From Podarcis bocagei (lineage: Eukaryota), in the NCBI GenBank assembly GCA_964188305.1, contig OZ076894.1: DNA of 64,000 bases, one strand, 5' to 3'. A model generated the notes under the pieces. That model was not told where the DNA came from and did no database searches. It saw only the letters and a list, made by a program, of their open reading frames with translations. The position numbers were made by a program, and so were the translations under genes. This document shows, piece by piece, positions 38,427 to 51,649 of this stretch; the first letter of the stretch is position 1, and every line of letters begins with the position of its first letter.

Positions 38427-39975
38427 CTTTAAATTATGTTAGACCGCAATCCTTTTCACACTTAACTTGAAGAGAACACAGAACTCAATTATACTTATTT
38501 CCTACAAAATATGTGTAGAATTGGGCTAAACATTACACAAATAATATCTATTTTGTGTATGCACCAAAAAGTCTGTGCATGCAGGAAAACTTCTATAGGA
38601 AGTGCAAAGAACAAAATATTAAATAACAAATGCGGCATTCAAAATGGCAAAAGTGAAAGCATTTTTTTCAATTCTCACAAGCACCAAGTGGGCAATGATT
38701 TAAAGGAAATGTCATCTGGTTCAAAACCACTCCAGATTGCTTTAAACATGTATCCAGTTTGAAGTTGTTCCCAACTGTAGCAGTTTCTTATTACATATTA
38801 ATTAATTTTAATAAATAAATGACAATTTATGAATACAGAGGGGATGTGGCATATCAACAACAACCTAGAGGCACAAGTACTGTGACTGTGACTGTAATCG
38901 TTTTCAAACTCTGCTTCTGTAAGAAAAGAAAGACTGCCAGATGGGAAGAGAGCATCTACAAACACAACAAAGAATTGTGTCAAATGTGTTGGATTGTTGC
39001 CTCTTGTATCTCCATCATGTATTTGCTGGGCATCCCCTTCTTCCTGGTGGACAATGAAGGGATCTATTGTTTTATAATATTACAATACAATTATTTTATC
39101 CTAGTAAAAGTGAGGCATGATCTACATCCCCTAAAGTAATGGTTTTTTTTCTCTTACCCAATGCCATGCCTTTTTTTTTGCTCTTTATGCCAGATATATC
39201 CCTTTGCTATTATATTAACATAAAAGACAACATGCCTATTTTATTTACTTTAAATATGCTGTTACCTGCTGGAAGGAAAGTTTAAATCTTCAAAACTCCA
39301 ACTTTAACAAACAGGTCACAGAAATGTAGGTGAATGGGTAGGCAACAGAAATGCTCAAATTGCTTTTGCAAGTAAGTTAAATATAAAAAAGAGAAATGGT
39401 TTTTAATACCACGAAAGATGCTGCAATCGATATGTAAAAAAAGATGTTTCATATCAATTAGCATGTACATGTGTTGTAAGCTAAAGTAAAATATGTTTTT
39501 CATTATTTTACTAAAATTAAAGAATGGGTATTCAGCAATATCTTTAAAATTTCATATAGCTCGGGCTAGTTTCGGCATGCCAGATCATTTTAGCATAATG
39601 AATTTCTTTGCATGCATCATAAGGATACTTACAGTCATAGCAATATTTTTCTTTTAAATGTGAATCTAAGGAAAATATTAATAGGCTGTCTCATTTTTAT
39701 GTAAGCCATTATTACATTTTACTAATGAGAAATCTGTCAAATTATTTCCTATTGCTTTAATATAAGCTACGTATCGTAACACATCTGTGTTGCAATATCT
39801 TTATTACAATTGCTTTACCTATGATGCTAGAAACAGTATGTGGCAAAAGCCCAGAGTAGGAAGCAAGGAGGTTACGGCAGGTAATGTGACCTCTGTTGGA
39901 CCAGCTGAAACAAACCATTTTACAGGCAAAGAGCCATGTGAATTCACACTTGGGAGAGAAAAATCAAAACGGCAC

Positions 39976-40024
<49 letters not shown>
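39976..40024. repeat. (AAT)n microsatellite
   Basis: Seen directly. Confidence 0.95.
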
Positions 40025-40027
<3 letters not shown>

Positions 40028-42613
40028 GCAGTTGAAATCTTTCAGCCAGACAATTTCATGCTGTTTTAGGATCTAGACCACCACTGCATATCTCCTTCTT
40101 TTTGTTTTGTTTCGTTGTCCCTCTGTAACACCATTAATTTCAATACAATTACGGCAGTGAAAATGTGAATAGCTTGAAGTACACTTGAGAATGAAGAGAT
40201 GGTATATACGCCTCTTAATCAAACAACAGCTTTATAGCAAAGCTGTAAAGGACAATTGCTTGTGTATGTGTACCAGAGTACCACAAAGCACTGCAGAACC
40301 CATACAAAATGTACATTTATCTCCTTCACCCCCTTTGCCTCCATGGGTCACCCTAATGAATTTAAGTAACTTTTATTCAGATTTTCAAAACGCTTAGAAA
40401 TTAATGTTATTCCAGAAAATTCCAACCCTGTTATATATTGGCACTGGCAATTTTTATGTTGCTCAAGGTTATTTTAGGTTGTTTATGGGCTTTCATAAAT
40501 ATTGTCTATTTCCGTAGACTTTTATCTTTCGCTCAGTTTTGATTGAAGAATTTATGGGATTTTATCTGTCTTCCTAGGAAGGATGTACAAGTGTCTCAAA
40601 ATTTTATATGAAAGCGGTCTCACATTAACAAATAAATCTACTTATATATTCACATACTTTAAAAGCAAGTTCTTTGCATTCCCCCCTGTATTTTCTGAAG
40701 GCAGAATAAACATGTAGGAATGGGAAAATGTTTTTTGATAAAATGTAACTATAAATATTTAGGCGGGGGGGGGGGACATGTAAACATTATATGATGCAAC
40801 AAATAGAACCATAACAGTAAGTAATCCATAGACTATAAGAATTTATTTGTTCCGTCCACCTATTCTTTACTTTTGCATCAAGATTATTTGCATGTGCATA
40901 TCAAAATAAGAATCTAAACCAAGCCATTTGCTGCAATCTGGTTCTTTAAAGGTGTCAGAAATATTATTCGAGAACGATTCAAATGACACACAATGAGAAT
41001 AAAACTGCCATTATTCTATTTGTCTATCTGGAAATCATTTTACATCCATGACCACAACACACAAGAGATCAAGGTCTACAATACTATACCTGCTTATCTG
41101 AAAGTATTGTAGAACTTCATGGGGTTTACCAAACATGCACCGGATTGGGCTGCAAGATTGACTATTACAGATGTTACACACTACATACACACTGATCAAA
41201 GCGAAATGGAAACTACGCTATAGAAGGTTTTGTGACAATTATTATTTAAAGACAATGGAAAGCCTTCTGCTGGTAACAATGAACAATCAAATAATACCCT
41301 TCCTTTTTGGTACAGTCAAGCACTCAAAGCTACTGTGAAACAGGATTGGACAGAACATTCCATCTCATATGAGAATTAGTTTCTTACCGGCAGTTAGAAA
41401 AAAGGTTTTGTGGGGTTTGGTTTTTTTTGCAACAAGCTGCTAGAAACAAGTCCGTGGGGCCCCCACACTTCTTTATAAAACACATTTATTTTATTACTAA
41501 ATAAGGGTTAGTCTTAAGAAAGCACTCTTAAGATAAAGTCTCAAGTGGAATACATCCAGTTTCCAGCATGGCCAAAAAGAAAAAGGAAATAAAAATGGCA
41601 AAGCTATTTTATTACAAATTTATGTTCCAGACTGCTTTCTAAAGCTGAATAAGGTCATTTTTCTGCTGGTCTCTAAAATAACTTCATTTAAACTTTAAAG
41701 TGTTAGATGAAAGGGGATGACATTGCTTTTCTGCTTACTCATATTTTCCCCAGGAAGTAAAACATAATATAACCTCACCTTTTGACGAAGTAGGATTGTA
41801 GCTGTACTGCTTAGAATCATATCATCTTACAGCTTGTTGGAGAATTGCTAGTGACTATATAAAAGCAAAAATGCTTTTCTGTATTGTACAGTTACTTCCA
41901 CAGTTTCAATGTAAATAATTAGAAATGAAAACTCAAAATTTATGGTTGTATCCTATAACGCTTGTAAATCACTCTTAAGCAATATATTTATTATATTAAT
42001 GCATTTTGGGGGGAAGTGCTGAAAAATTATTCCAGTGTTATAACACAGGAATGCAAATTATTATAAATATAATTATTATTACTTGTACCCCACCCATATG
42101 ACTGGGCTGCCCCAGCAATGAACATGGCAACCTTAGATTACAGGCACATGAAATGAATTACACTATCTAGGTTTAAATTTTTATTTTGTATGATTTTAAA
42201 ATAATTTTAACAGCAGCTACTGGGGCTGCTTATTTCTTTACTACCTTTTGTCTTTCCACAATATTATCCTACTGAAATGTCAGTGCTCAAATGACAGCAA
42301 AGACAGTTGAAAGTTGTCAAATCAATTTTTAAACATACTCTTACTGTATCAGTGGAGAATCTTGTATATGAGGCCTTACCACAAAGGTAGCACTTTGGAA
42401 GCATCAGTCTTTTTGTTGTGGTATCAAAAAGGACATTACCTATGTTATACTGGTATCATACTCTTTACGCAACCAGCTTCAAGGGTGTCCTGAGACATGC
42501 ACTGGCCAGTTCCAGATCAGCTTACCTTCACAGATAGACACTGACACATTGGTCAACTTTAGAACACTCCATTGAGAAATGTAAGGCAGTCTTCCTGGCT
42601 TCTACTGCTTATA

Positions 42614-42963
42614 AAGGTAAAGGGACCCCTGATAGTTAAGTCCAGTCGCGAACAACTCTGGGGTTGCGGTGCTCATCTCGTTTTATTGGCCAAGGGAGCC
42701 GGCGTACAACTTCCGGGTCATGTGGCCAGCATGACTAAGCCGCTTCTGGCAAAACCAGAGCAGCGCACGGAAATGCTGTTCACCTTCCCGCCAGAGCGGT
42801 ACCTATTTATCTACTTGCACTTTGGCATGCTTTCAAACTTCTAGGTTGGCAGGAGCTGGGACCAAGCAACGGGAGCTCATCCCGCTGCAGGATTCGAACC
42901 GCCAACCTTCTGACTGGCAAGCCCAAGGCTCAGTGGTTTAGACCACACCGCCACTCGCGTCCC
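42614..42963 (-). mobile_element. Sauria SINE
   Basis: Reverse complement of the + copies. 11-bp TSD TACTGCTTATA (42603-42613, 42966-42976). Confidence 0.96.
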
Positions 42964-43013
42964 TGTACTGCTTATATCAAACAGCAAAAGCAAAGATGCT
43001 GCTATAGAGAGGA

Positions 43014-43095
43014 ATAATAATAATAATATTTTTTTACCCCACCCATCTGGTGGGTTTCCCCAGCCATTCTGGGCGGCTTCCAGCAAAAGATTAAA
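43014..43095 (-). mobile_element. L2-type 3' tail fragment
   Basis: TACCCCACCCATCTGG..TTTCCCCAGCCATTCTGGGCGGCTT is the reverse complement of the tail seen at 50035-50060. A shorter copy lies at ~42075-42118. Confidence 0.7.
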
Positions 43096-44427
43096 AGTAC
43101 AATGGCAAAGATGGACCAAGGAAACCCCAATCCTCCAAAAGAAAGTTTAGGGAGATAGGAAAGGAAAGGAAAAAATGCCTTCTCCCTTTTTCCAGTGGGA
43201 ATGTTCTGTGAGCAGAGTTTCAATTATGATAAGTCTGGAGTAAATGCTCCAAGGACAAAAATAATATAGAAAATAATTGTGCATATGGGTCTGTGCATAC
43301 AAATATTTAGAAGAAAGCTATATAATTGATTTAACAGTACGATCCTATACATGTTAACTCAAAAGTAAGTTGTATTGGCTTCAACAGAGCTTACTCTCAG
43401 GTAATTGGATGAAGGATTTCAGCCTAAATTATCTATTCTTTGTACATAAACCAAGCAAGCCTGCCACCTATTATGCATCTACCAGGAAACTATCATACAA
43501 ATGTGCTGTTATAAGAGAAGTGAAACCAGCAGTTTCAGATAATTTAATTAAGTCATGGGTCTTCTAATATAATTCAGTAAGAATGTGAACTTTTAACTTG
43601 TGTTAACTCAATTTCCTTATGCTTTCATTTACCATTTGTTGGGGACATTATAATGATTAGCCAAAGTCCTTCCAGCTCTTAATGTTCGCAATAAATTCTG
43701 ATTGAAATTGACTGTCATTTTCTTGCTATAATAAAGTAGGTATCTGACATCTCAAAAAGAATCACGATAGCTTATTGCATACTTTTGAAGCGACCTGTCC
43801 TATCACATAGCATCAACACAAAACTAGTCTTAAGAGCTCCAGTGGGAAAGCAGAAGTCACACTTCTGCTTTAAAAAAAACCAAACCTGCAGTGATAATGT
43901 GGGCCTGTAGTATCACAAGTTAAATGACACTACATTCACATTTAATTGTTATACTACTGAAGTTACTACAAGTTTCTGAATACTGTGGGTGAAAACAAGT
44001 TGTTCAGCTTGTCAGCACAGGAAACCTACTGTGAAGAGCTACAAAAGCAACAGCTGTGTTATATTCCAGTTGAGTTCAAAGGCAACAGTGACTCAAGTGG
44101 TTTGGCTGCAAATCTAATTCCAACACTTCTCTGTTCAGATAACTTAAGTGGTAAATCACACAATTTAAACTGAAAACCCTGGAGGCCCATGTTTATATGT
44201 TATAAAGTTTCCCCAATTTATGCTAATTCTTATCTAGTACAACCCTTGTCTTTGTGGATCAATGTTAAGCTGCACTCATCGGTATTAATTTTACTCAGGC
44301 GTCACTAACACAGCACCCATGGATGCCCATGCGCCTGCAAAAGCCTTCCCTGGAACTCGCAGCACCCCGCCCCCGAAATCAGATTTCAAAGAAACATTTT
44401 ATCGCAACCAATACAACAGTTTATGGT

Positions 44428-44618
44428 TAGGGTTGCCATATTCCAAAAATATCCTTTGATTCCCCCCCCCCCCAGAATTTCTTTATAAAAAAATAGCCCA
44501 ACTTGCCATATGTCTGGGTTTTCCAGAACATTTTGCCGATTCAGCAAAAATCCACCCGGATGCCATTTTTCTGAGCTATTCTCGGATGTGTCCAGAACCC
44601 GGATGTATGGCATTCCTA
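44428..44618. mobile_element. hAT (Tip100-like) MITE
   Basis: TIR TAGGGTTGCCATA / TATGGCATTCCTA, decayed 8-bp TSD TTTATGGT / GTTGTGGT, and repeated CCGGATG motifs. Confidence 0.75.
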
Positions 44619-47250
44619 GTTGTGGTGTACACATTGTGTATACTGCGAAGTTGCCCACAGGCCCAAAAAGGTTGGTAACCTCTTATTTAACCAATTAACA
44701 ATAAACTTTGAACTGTGGAAAATGTCTCTCTCCAAACTCTCTAGTTTAATGTCATGCTTATCAGTGTTTCAGAAATGTTCAGACTATTTCTGTAAGACAA
44801 ACTGTGTATCTGAAACTAGTACCTTGAAAACAGCTACCTGAGGCAGGATATTTCATGCTACCTAGGGGTAGAAAAGTCCTGGTACCCACAAAGACAAGGC
44901 ACGCTACAAAGAATGCACGTTTATTTTAAAGCTTTTTTTTTTTTTTACGTGACAGCAAGATATATAGCAATTTTTTTTAAAGCATACCTGTCTAGGAGGG
45001 CAAATTCAAATGACTAGATAATTAGGACATACAGACAATGATAGACTTGTGAACTTTTCCTCTGCCTGCTACTGCCTGTTAATGGTGGGAGAACTACCAC
45101 TTTTCTCATTGGGGGAAGGAATGTATAACTGAAAACTGTGCAAAATTAAGCTGTACATTTCTATTAGCCCAGTTCATAAGGCTATACAGTTAACCATCCC
45201 TATCTATTCCATTTATATACCACCTGTCTGCCAATGTGGTTTACATGTCTGCCAAGTTTGCGTTAGAAAGGGACTGCAGTATTAGGACCTTCATGAGAAC
45301 CACCAAATTTATTAAATAGAATTGACCCAAAGCATGATCCCCAAGGATCTTATCTGATGACTTCTATGTAATCTAAAGGTTTATTTTCAAAAACAATCCT
45401 TTGTCATCTTTCACCTGTCAACCACAGTTTTTTGAAGGTCAGATAGGTTAGGTTAGGTCATCTGCATTTCCTATAAACACATTTTCTTGATAAAGATTAA
45501 TCAAGCAAAATCTAGCTTTACTGAATCTATACTACCTTACATTCAGTTGCTGTTTTCTTCTACATATTTATTCAATATTGGATCTCGTGCTCTATATGCC
45601 ACTGAAGTCAAATTAACAGTTCTGTATAAAGCTTGTTATACTTTCCATTTAAAGCATCTAACATATACTCCACAAGAATGCTTGTTTTTAAATTGCTTGC
45701 TCTCTCAGAATAATTAAACCAAAATTATCAGCTGTGTTTATCTCATTAAATTGCAACTCAAAAACACAGTATCAAGTTAATTCATTGGTAGGATTTGGTG
45801 TTAAATAGTATTCCATCTATAATCCCATTTCAATAAAGTACTGGAAACATTTACTCACCTTTGCATTTGTAAATTTGCAAAGCTGAGTGCTCACAAGAAT
45901 GAAGAAGGCAGACGAGAAAGAGGTCTGAATTCATGCACATCAATGTATGCCAACAGTTCCTAAAGAAGGATTGGAGTTCATGTAAGCCGGTCATCCAGCC
46001 AAGATTTTATCTGTGCATTGAGTCCTCATTTTGAGAAGCTGATGGAATTTTTTTGGCTCAGAGCACAAATAAAGAGATAAAAGTAAAGTCTTATAGTAGA
46101 GGATGGTTGGACAAAATTGGAGAATGCTCTTGAGCTTCATCCTTAATCTCTTTCCATGCACCTTAGTTCTGCCAAACTTTAGATCCCAAAGGTGATTCTT
46201 ATATTTTCAGGCATTCCCATAGGACACCATCAGATAATAATGCAATGCTGGTTGAGGCTGGGATGCTATACTCACTTACCTGGGAGTAAGCACTAATGAA
46301 CTCACTGAGTAAACATGTATAGGATAGTGTTGTAAAGAACTCCTCCTCCCAAATACCCTAATCAGAACACAGATATTGAATTGTTCTTTCAAGACTATAC
46401 ACTGGGAAAATGGAATGGTTATTCAGTTTAAAGAAACAGAGTGTGAGAGAGAATACAATAGAAGCAGAAGCCCTCATTTTGTTGCTGGATCTAATATTTC
46501 AGTTCTTTAGGTTCTGCAAAAAGTGTTTGATAATCCTAATATGTAGCAAATGATTGCATGCATATGAAATTTAGCACCATTTATTCAAACACACACATTT
46601 ATTTGTTTTAAATATTCAAGTACCAACAACAACAAAGGGACTTACAAGAGAGAGAAATCCTACAATTAAATAAAGTACAAAAATAAAATAAAAACCTCAA
46701 TAAAATGTTTGTCAGAAAAGTCATTGTAAGGAGAAATACCTGTCCTCACTCCAACCCAAAACAGGACAAAAAGTGCACTTACTGATGAGTAAGGAAGTGA
46801 TATTTTTTATTAAAGCAGCTTAATGATTCATACTCACAGGCATGAAAGAGCAAGATACAGCCCAGAAGCTCTCATAAAGGGTAACAAGAATTCCAAGGCC
46901 ACATGAGAGTTGTTAAGTTGTTACAACAAATATGTCCACCTACCTGCCCAGCTAGTCATCTTCCTAGTCCACACATGTGAGTATTAGCTCTTTTATTTGA
47001 GCTGCAATTCCTCTACTCACTGGCCACACTAGTAATCCTTCCCTTGTGTTGACTCAATCCACTGTGTGTGCATTTGATTTCGCCTTCCAATTTGTTAAAT
47101 TTACCCCCTTGATTAGACCAGAAACTGGGATGCATGATGGCTAGCCACACTTGTGGTCTTCAAATTCACATTAAAATCTAATGAATACAAGCCCATCATC
47201 TCAGGGTATGGTTTGGTCTTATAACAATATACTGTATTACAGTTACTTAT

Positions 47251-47593
47251 GGAATGCGGGTGGCACTGTGGTCTAAGCCACTGAGCCTAGGGATTGATGA
47301 TCGGAAGGTTGGCAGCGGGGTGAGCTCCCGTTGTTTGGTCCCAGCTCCTGCCCACCTAGCAGTTCGAAAGCACATCAAGTGCAAGTAGATAAATAGGCAC
47401 CGCTCCGGCGGGAGGGTAAACGGCGTTTCAGTGTGCTGCTCTGGTTTGCCAGAAGCAGCTTAGTCGTGCTGGCCAAATGACCCGGAAGCTGTCTGCAGAC
47501 AAACGCCAGCTCCCTCAGCCTATAGAGCAAGATGAGCGCGCAACCCCAGAGTCATCTGCTACTGGACCTTATGGTCGGGGTACCTTTACCTTT
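47251..47593 (+). mobile_element. Sauria SINE (B-box region deleted)
   Basis: Collinear with the other copies but lacks the TTCGAATCCC segment. TTACAGTTAC flanks both ends (47237-47246, 47594-47603). Confidence 0.93.
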
Positions 47594-47769
47594 TTACAGT
47601 TACAGTTTCCTGATCAGTCTGTTCAGATCCTGCTGCGTATTTTTTCTGAGGGAACCAACCAAATAGAACAGGTGGCTAAATGTATTAATATAGCCAGTTC
47701 TTACCTTGTCTTCCTTTCCTCCACTTTTAATCGTTTCACAGAGACTGAAATTCTGTTTTTTGTATTGAT

Positions 47770-47945
47770 GGTAGTGTGAACCATGAACTAGGCCCCAAAG
47801 CTCATTTCCAGCAGCAGAAGCTTGAAACAAAAGGCCCACATACTCCTATTTCCTGACAGCACCAGAAGAAGAGCTACAGCATAATTGATGGAAGCCCCAC
47901 ATAAAGCACATTACAACAGTCAAGCCTGGAAGTTACAAGAAAATG
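47770..47945 (-). mobile_element. Decayed L2-like fragment
   Basis: AGCCCCACATAAAGCACATTACAACAGTCAAGCCTGGAAGTTAC resembles the reverse strand of the L2 'SRLDYCN' region. Confidence 0.45.
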
Positions 47946-48147
47946 AATGAAAAGCTGAATAGAGATATTTATGTGTCAATAGCTTATGTGACATCTGTTT
48001 ATACATTGGATTTGTACTGTGCCAATCATTTTCTTATAGAAGCCTTTTATGTGTAATGGGTTAAGAATTTCCTTGTTAAAAATACAGGTGTGCTTCATAG
48101 GCATACATAACATGACATTATTCATGTCAGCATGTTAAAGCATATTT

Positions 48148-48841
48148 GGGGTGTATGCGGTGTTAGGGGAGAGGTAGTACCTCTGGTGGAGAATATGGCA
48201 TGCTCTGTCTGGGTTAGTTTGAACACCTTTGGTCCCCACCTTGCACTCAGTTCTCACCTCTGACACCTAGGAGCTGTCAACATGTGACAGTGACCACATC
48301 CCGGGAATGGCTTCAACTGGCCAGCTAAGCCAAGTGAGAGTAGCTGATGGGCTTCAAACCCTGAGTGAGTGAGGAATTTCCCCTGCATGTGAAAAAGGGC
48401 TCCAGTGTATTGAGCGGACAAGACCAATAGTCTGTCCAACGGTCAAGAAGGTGGTTTCTGCACATGCCATAGGGAGAAGTGAGGGGCAAATGAGGCTCAT
48501 CTAGGAAAAAAGAAAACTCTGGTCCTAAAACTTCACTACCTTGCGGGAGTAAAGCCCTACACAAATCCAGAATTAAGTCCCTAAGGCAGTGGGATGGGGC
48601 CGTGTACACCTTCTTCTTGCAACTCCTACAGTCAAGCTGGTGCCAAACATATTGCTCCGATTTCCTTGGGACCCCATCAGCGTGGCTGAAGTAGGGGAGG
48701 GAGTCTTGTCATCTGGACCTCCATACACACTGCCCAGGCTTGTGCCCTGGCAAGGTCACTTTGCTGCTGCTAACACAGTGATTTGACTTAACCACTGGAG
48801 GCGCACCCCATTGTCTCTCAAGACAGACAAATGCCAACAAA
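48148..48841 (+). mobile_element. Non-autonomous RTE-type retroelement, copy 2 (both ends intact)
   Basis: Perfect 12-bp TSD TAAAGCATATTT (48136-48147, 48842-48853). Begins GGGGTGTATG and ends TGTCTCTCAAGACAGACAAATGCCAACAA. No ORF. Confidence 0.9.
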
Positions 48842-49929
48842 TAAAGCATATTTTCACTAATATCTGACACATTATACATAAAGAGATAGGAAAGTAGAGT
48901 GCATTTTAAAGCACTAATACTGAAAATGGCTCAGTTCAGATATGTTACAGATTGATTTATAATTAATACCCAGCTAGGTATTGCCTTTACGTTAGGTATT
49001 AACAGCACAAGAAGCACCACTCACTGAAGTGGATGAGAAAGCTTCTGATCATGTGTGCAACAGAGTGCATTAAAGGGTCCGGTCTTTGTCTTAGAGCAGG
49101 GATTTACAATATCTGTTACAAATCAGCAGGATTTTATAAAGCAGCTGTAAGAAATAATTCTGACCCATCTTAATTGGACAGTAGGATATGCCTGAATGGA
49201 ACAGCAAATGCAGCCTAATGCTGATATATGCAAAAATCAGATTTGCATTTTTTACTTAAGGAAAGCTCATTACCAATGCTACATTTCAAGCAAATAAGAA
49301 CTATGAGTACTCAACAAAGCTCAGTTTTAAAGTTTTTAAAATTTGTATAAAGAATTGGAGACAGCCTTATATTGTGTGTAGAAAGAGCCATCTAATTAAA
49401 ACTAATTGTGCTAACTGGATCTTCAGTGTGGAATTATGTAACATGCATTCAACAAGCCTATTATCAATACCTTGTTGGTTCAGAAAGAAAAACATTCTGA
49501 TGTATTAGTGCTTATGGGCTTTGTTGGCCTGGTTTGGATGTTCATATCTTTGTTCAAGATACAAATTCATGGGATAGCTCATCTCCCTTCTTCAGCTTGT
49601 CCTGCAAGTCTTCAATTAACCACAGGTAGGGAAGGAGGAATGGTGAAATAAGGACTTTATATATAGGGACTTTATCAGGGGGTGGCCCAGGGGACTTCAG
49701 CTTTAGGTCTACTGCGGGACTTCGATTTTGTCCCTTTGCTCACTTCTTTTTTCTTTAAAAATGCTTTGAGTGGTGTTCAGACCCACTGAAGTTAATGGAC
49801 ACGACTGATTTAGGTGCATTTATTTCAGTAGGTTCATTAATTTCAGTGGGTCTGTTCTGAGTAGGACTTAGTTGAATGCAACCCTTTACTTGTGTAGTGG
49901 TGGTAAGCACTGTCATAATTATAATACTT

Positions 49930-50067
49930 ATCAAGGAGATAAAGAACTATACAACGTTTAGAAGACATCTGAAGGCAGCCCTGTATCGGGAAGTTTTCAA
50001 TGCTTGATGTTTTACTATGTTTTTATATATGCTGTAAGCCGCCCAGAGTGGGTGGGGTATTAATAAT
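49930..50067 (+). mobile_element. L2 LINE 3' end
   Basis: Translates as IKEIKNYTTFRRHLKAALYREVFNA*, an L2-type ORF2 C-terminus, followed by the TGTAAGCCGCCCAGAGTGG tail. Confidence 0.8.
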
Positions 50068-50604
50068 CAACATCATCATCCCGTAACCTAGAGACCTTGC
50101 AGTGCATAGTGGATGACTCTGATAAGGATGAAGTTCAGGCTGCTTCCTTGGGAGCAGAACCACCAGTACCTTATTCATGGCCCTTCCAACTGGAGGACAC
50201 ACTTCAGTTGCCATCCTCTGAATGAGATAATGGCTCCCCTGGGGTATCACTGTCTCCTCAGCCTTAAGAAGTCAAATACTACAAAAAAATAGTGAAGAAC
50301 TTTTAACTAACCATTCAGTTCCTCCAGGGAAGCAGAACCTAGCATACTACAGGTCTGGTCAGCATACACAAAGCTTCAGTTGTCTCTAGCTGCCTGCAAA
50401 GACAACAACTACTGTAATAGTTGCCTTAGCAGGGCCCTTTGGAGCTGGTCCAGGTCCTTTGTGTTCTCTGTTTGTCTTAGACTCTTGGCTGAACACTGCC
50501 TACTTCCCCTGTGAGCCTCAAGCTCCCAAAGACTAGGGCATAATGCAAAGGGCAGACCCCAGGCACCCACCACCTTAATTTACCCAGAGGCTTCTGCACA
50601 TATA

Positions 50605-50947
50605 GGTAAAGGGACCCCTGACCATTAGGTCCAGTCGTGCCCGACCCTGGGGCTGCGGCGCTCATCTCGCTTTACTGGCCGAGGGAGCCGGCGTACAGCT
50701 TCCAGGTCACGTGGCCAGCATGACTAAGCCACTTCTGGCGAACCAGAGCAGCGCACAGAAATGCCGTTTACCTTCCCATCAGAGTGGTACCTATTTATCT
50801 ACTTGCATTGTGCTTTCGAACTGCTAGGTTGGCAGGAGCAGGGACTGAGCAATGGGAGCTCACCCCATCGTGGGGATTCGAACCACTGACCTTCTGATCG
50901 GCAAGTCCTAGGCTCTGTGGTTTAACCCACAGCGCCACCCGCGTCCC
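50605..50947 (-). mobile_element. Sauria SINE
   Basis: Full length with a perfect 12-bp TSD TCTGCACATATA (50593-50604, 50951-50962). Confidence 0.96.
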
Positions 50948-51187
50948 CTCTCTGCACATATACATTACTATAAACAACCTTTATGAACTGGGGAGTTGTT
51001 TCTTCCTTCATATTTCAGTTATGACTGTCACATGATCCTCATATAGAGGACTAATCAAGTTTACTGATTTGGGGACTTTCAGTGAAGGCTTAGGTGTGGC
51101 AATGGATCAGGCAATCTCCCTGGGCCACATATCCACAACTTGTACAACCAAAGACACGAAGAGGTGTTTTATTTTAACTTTTTTTTA

Positions 51188-51649
51188 AGGTCACTAGCAT
51201 CACTAGCATCTTACGCAAGGGTTCGGTTCTGGGGTTCACATACATAAACAAAAACAAAAACAAAATGCATAAAGCCAGGAACCTCTAGAACCTCCCATCC
51301 TGCAAGGTGGAGGCTTTGGGAAGGTGGCACGAGGGTTCTGGCAGTGTCCCAGAGCCCTTCCTCCACCTTCCCAAAGCTTAGTAAACTCTTGCCCAGCTTT
51401 GGGAAGCAGGTGGGAGGGCTTGCACCATCCCCCAAAGCCCAGCTTCTCGCTTACCCAGCTTTGGGATGGCAGTGTGAGGGTTCTTGGATGCAGTCACAGC
51501 TTTGCATGGGTGAAGCGGATAATAAATGGAGAATGGATTTCCTCCACATTCTTTTTATTTAATTATTTACTTACTTGCTTACTTACTAACCACAACCGGC
51601 ACAAAGTGCAATCACGTAAGTAAAATAAGTGTAAAATTCAAGTTATGTG
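51188..51649 (+). mobile_element. Tigger/pogo-like non-autonomous DNA transposon, copy 1
   Basis: Shares GGGTTCGGTTC.GGGG, CCTGCAAGGTGG, CTGGCAGTGTCC, CCCAGCTTTGGGA and the GTAAGT.AAATAAG.GTAA end with 59647-60057. Decayed TIRs and TA flanks. Confidence 0.7.

Noticed and set aside
40330-40620. Possible ZRS (Shh limb enhancer) because of the Hox-site cluster
   Set aside because: None of the ZRS core sequence I recall is present, and there are no LMBR1-like exons.
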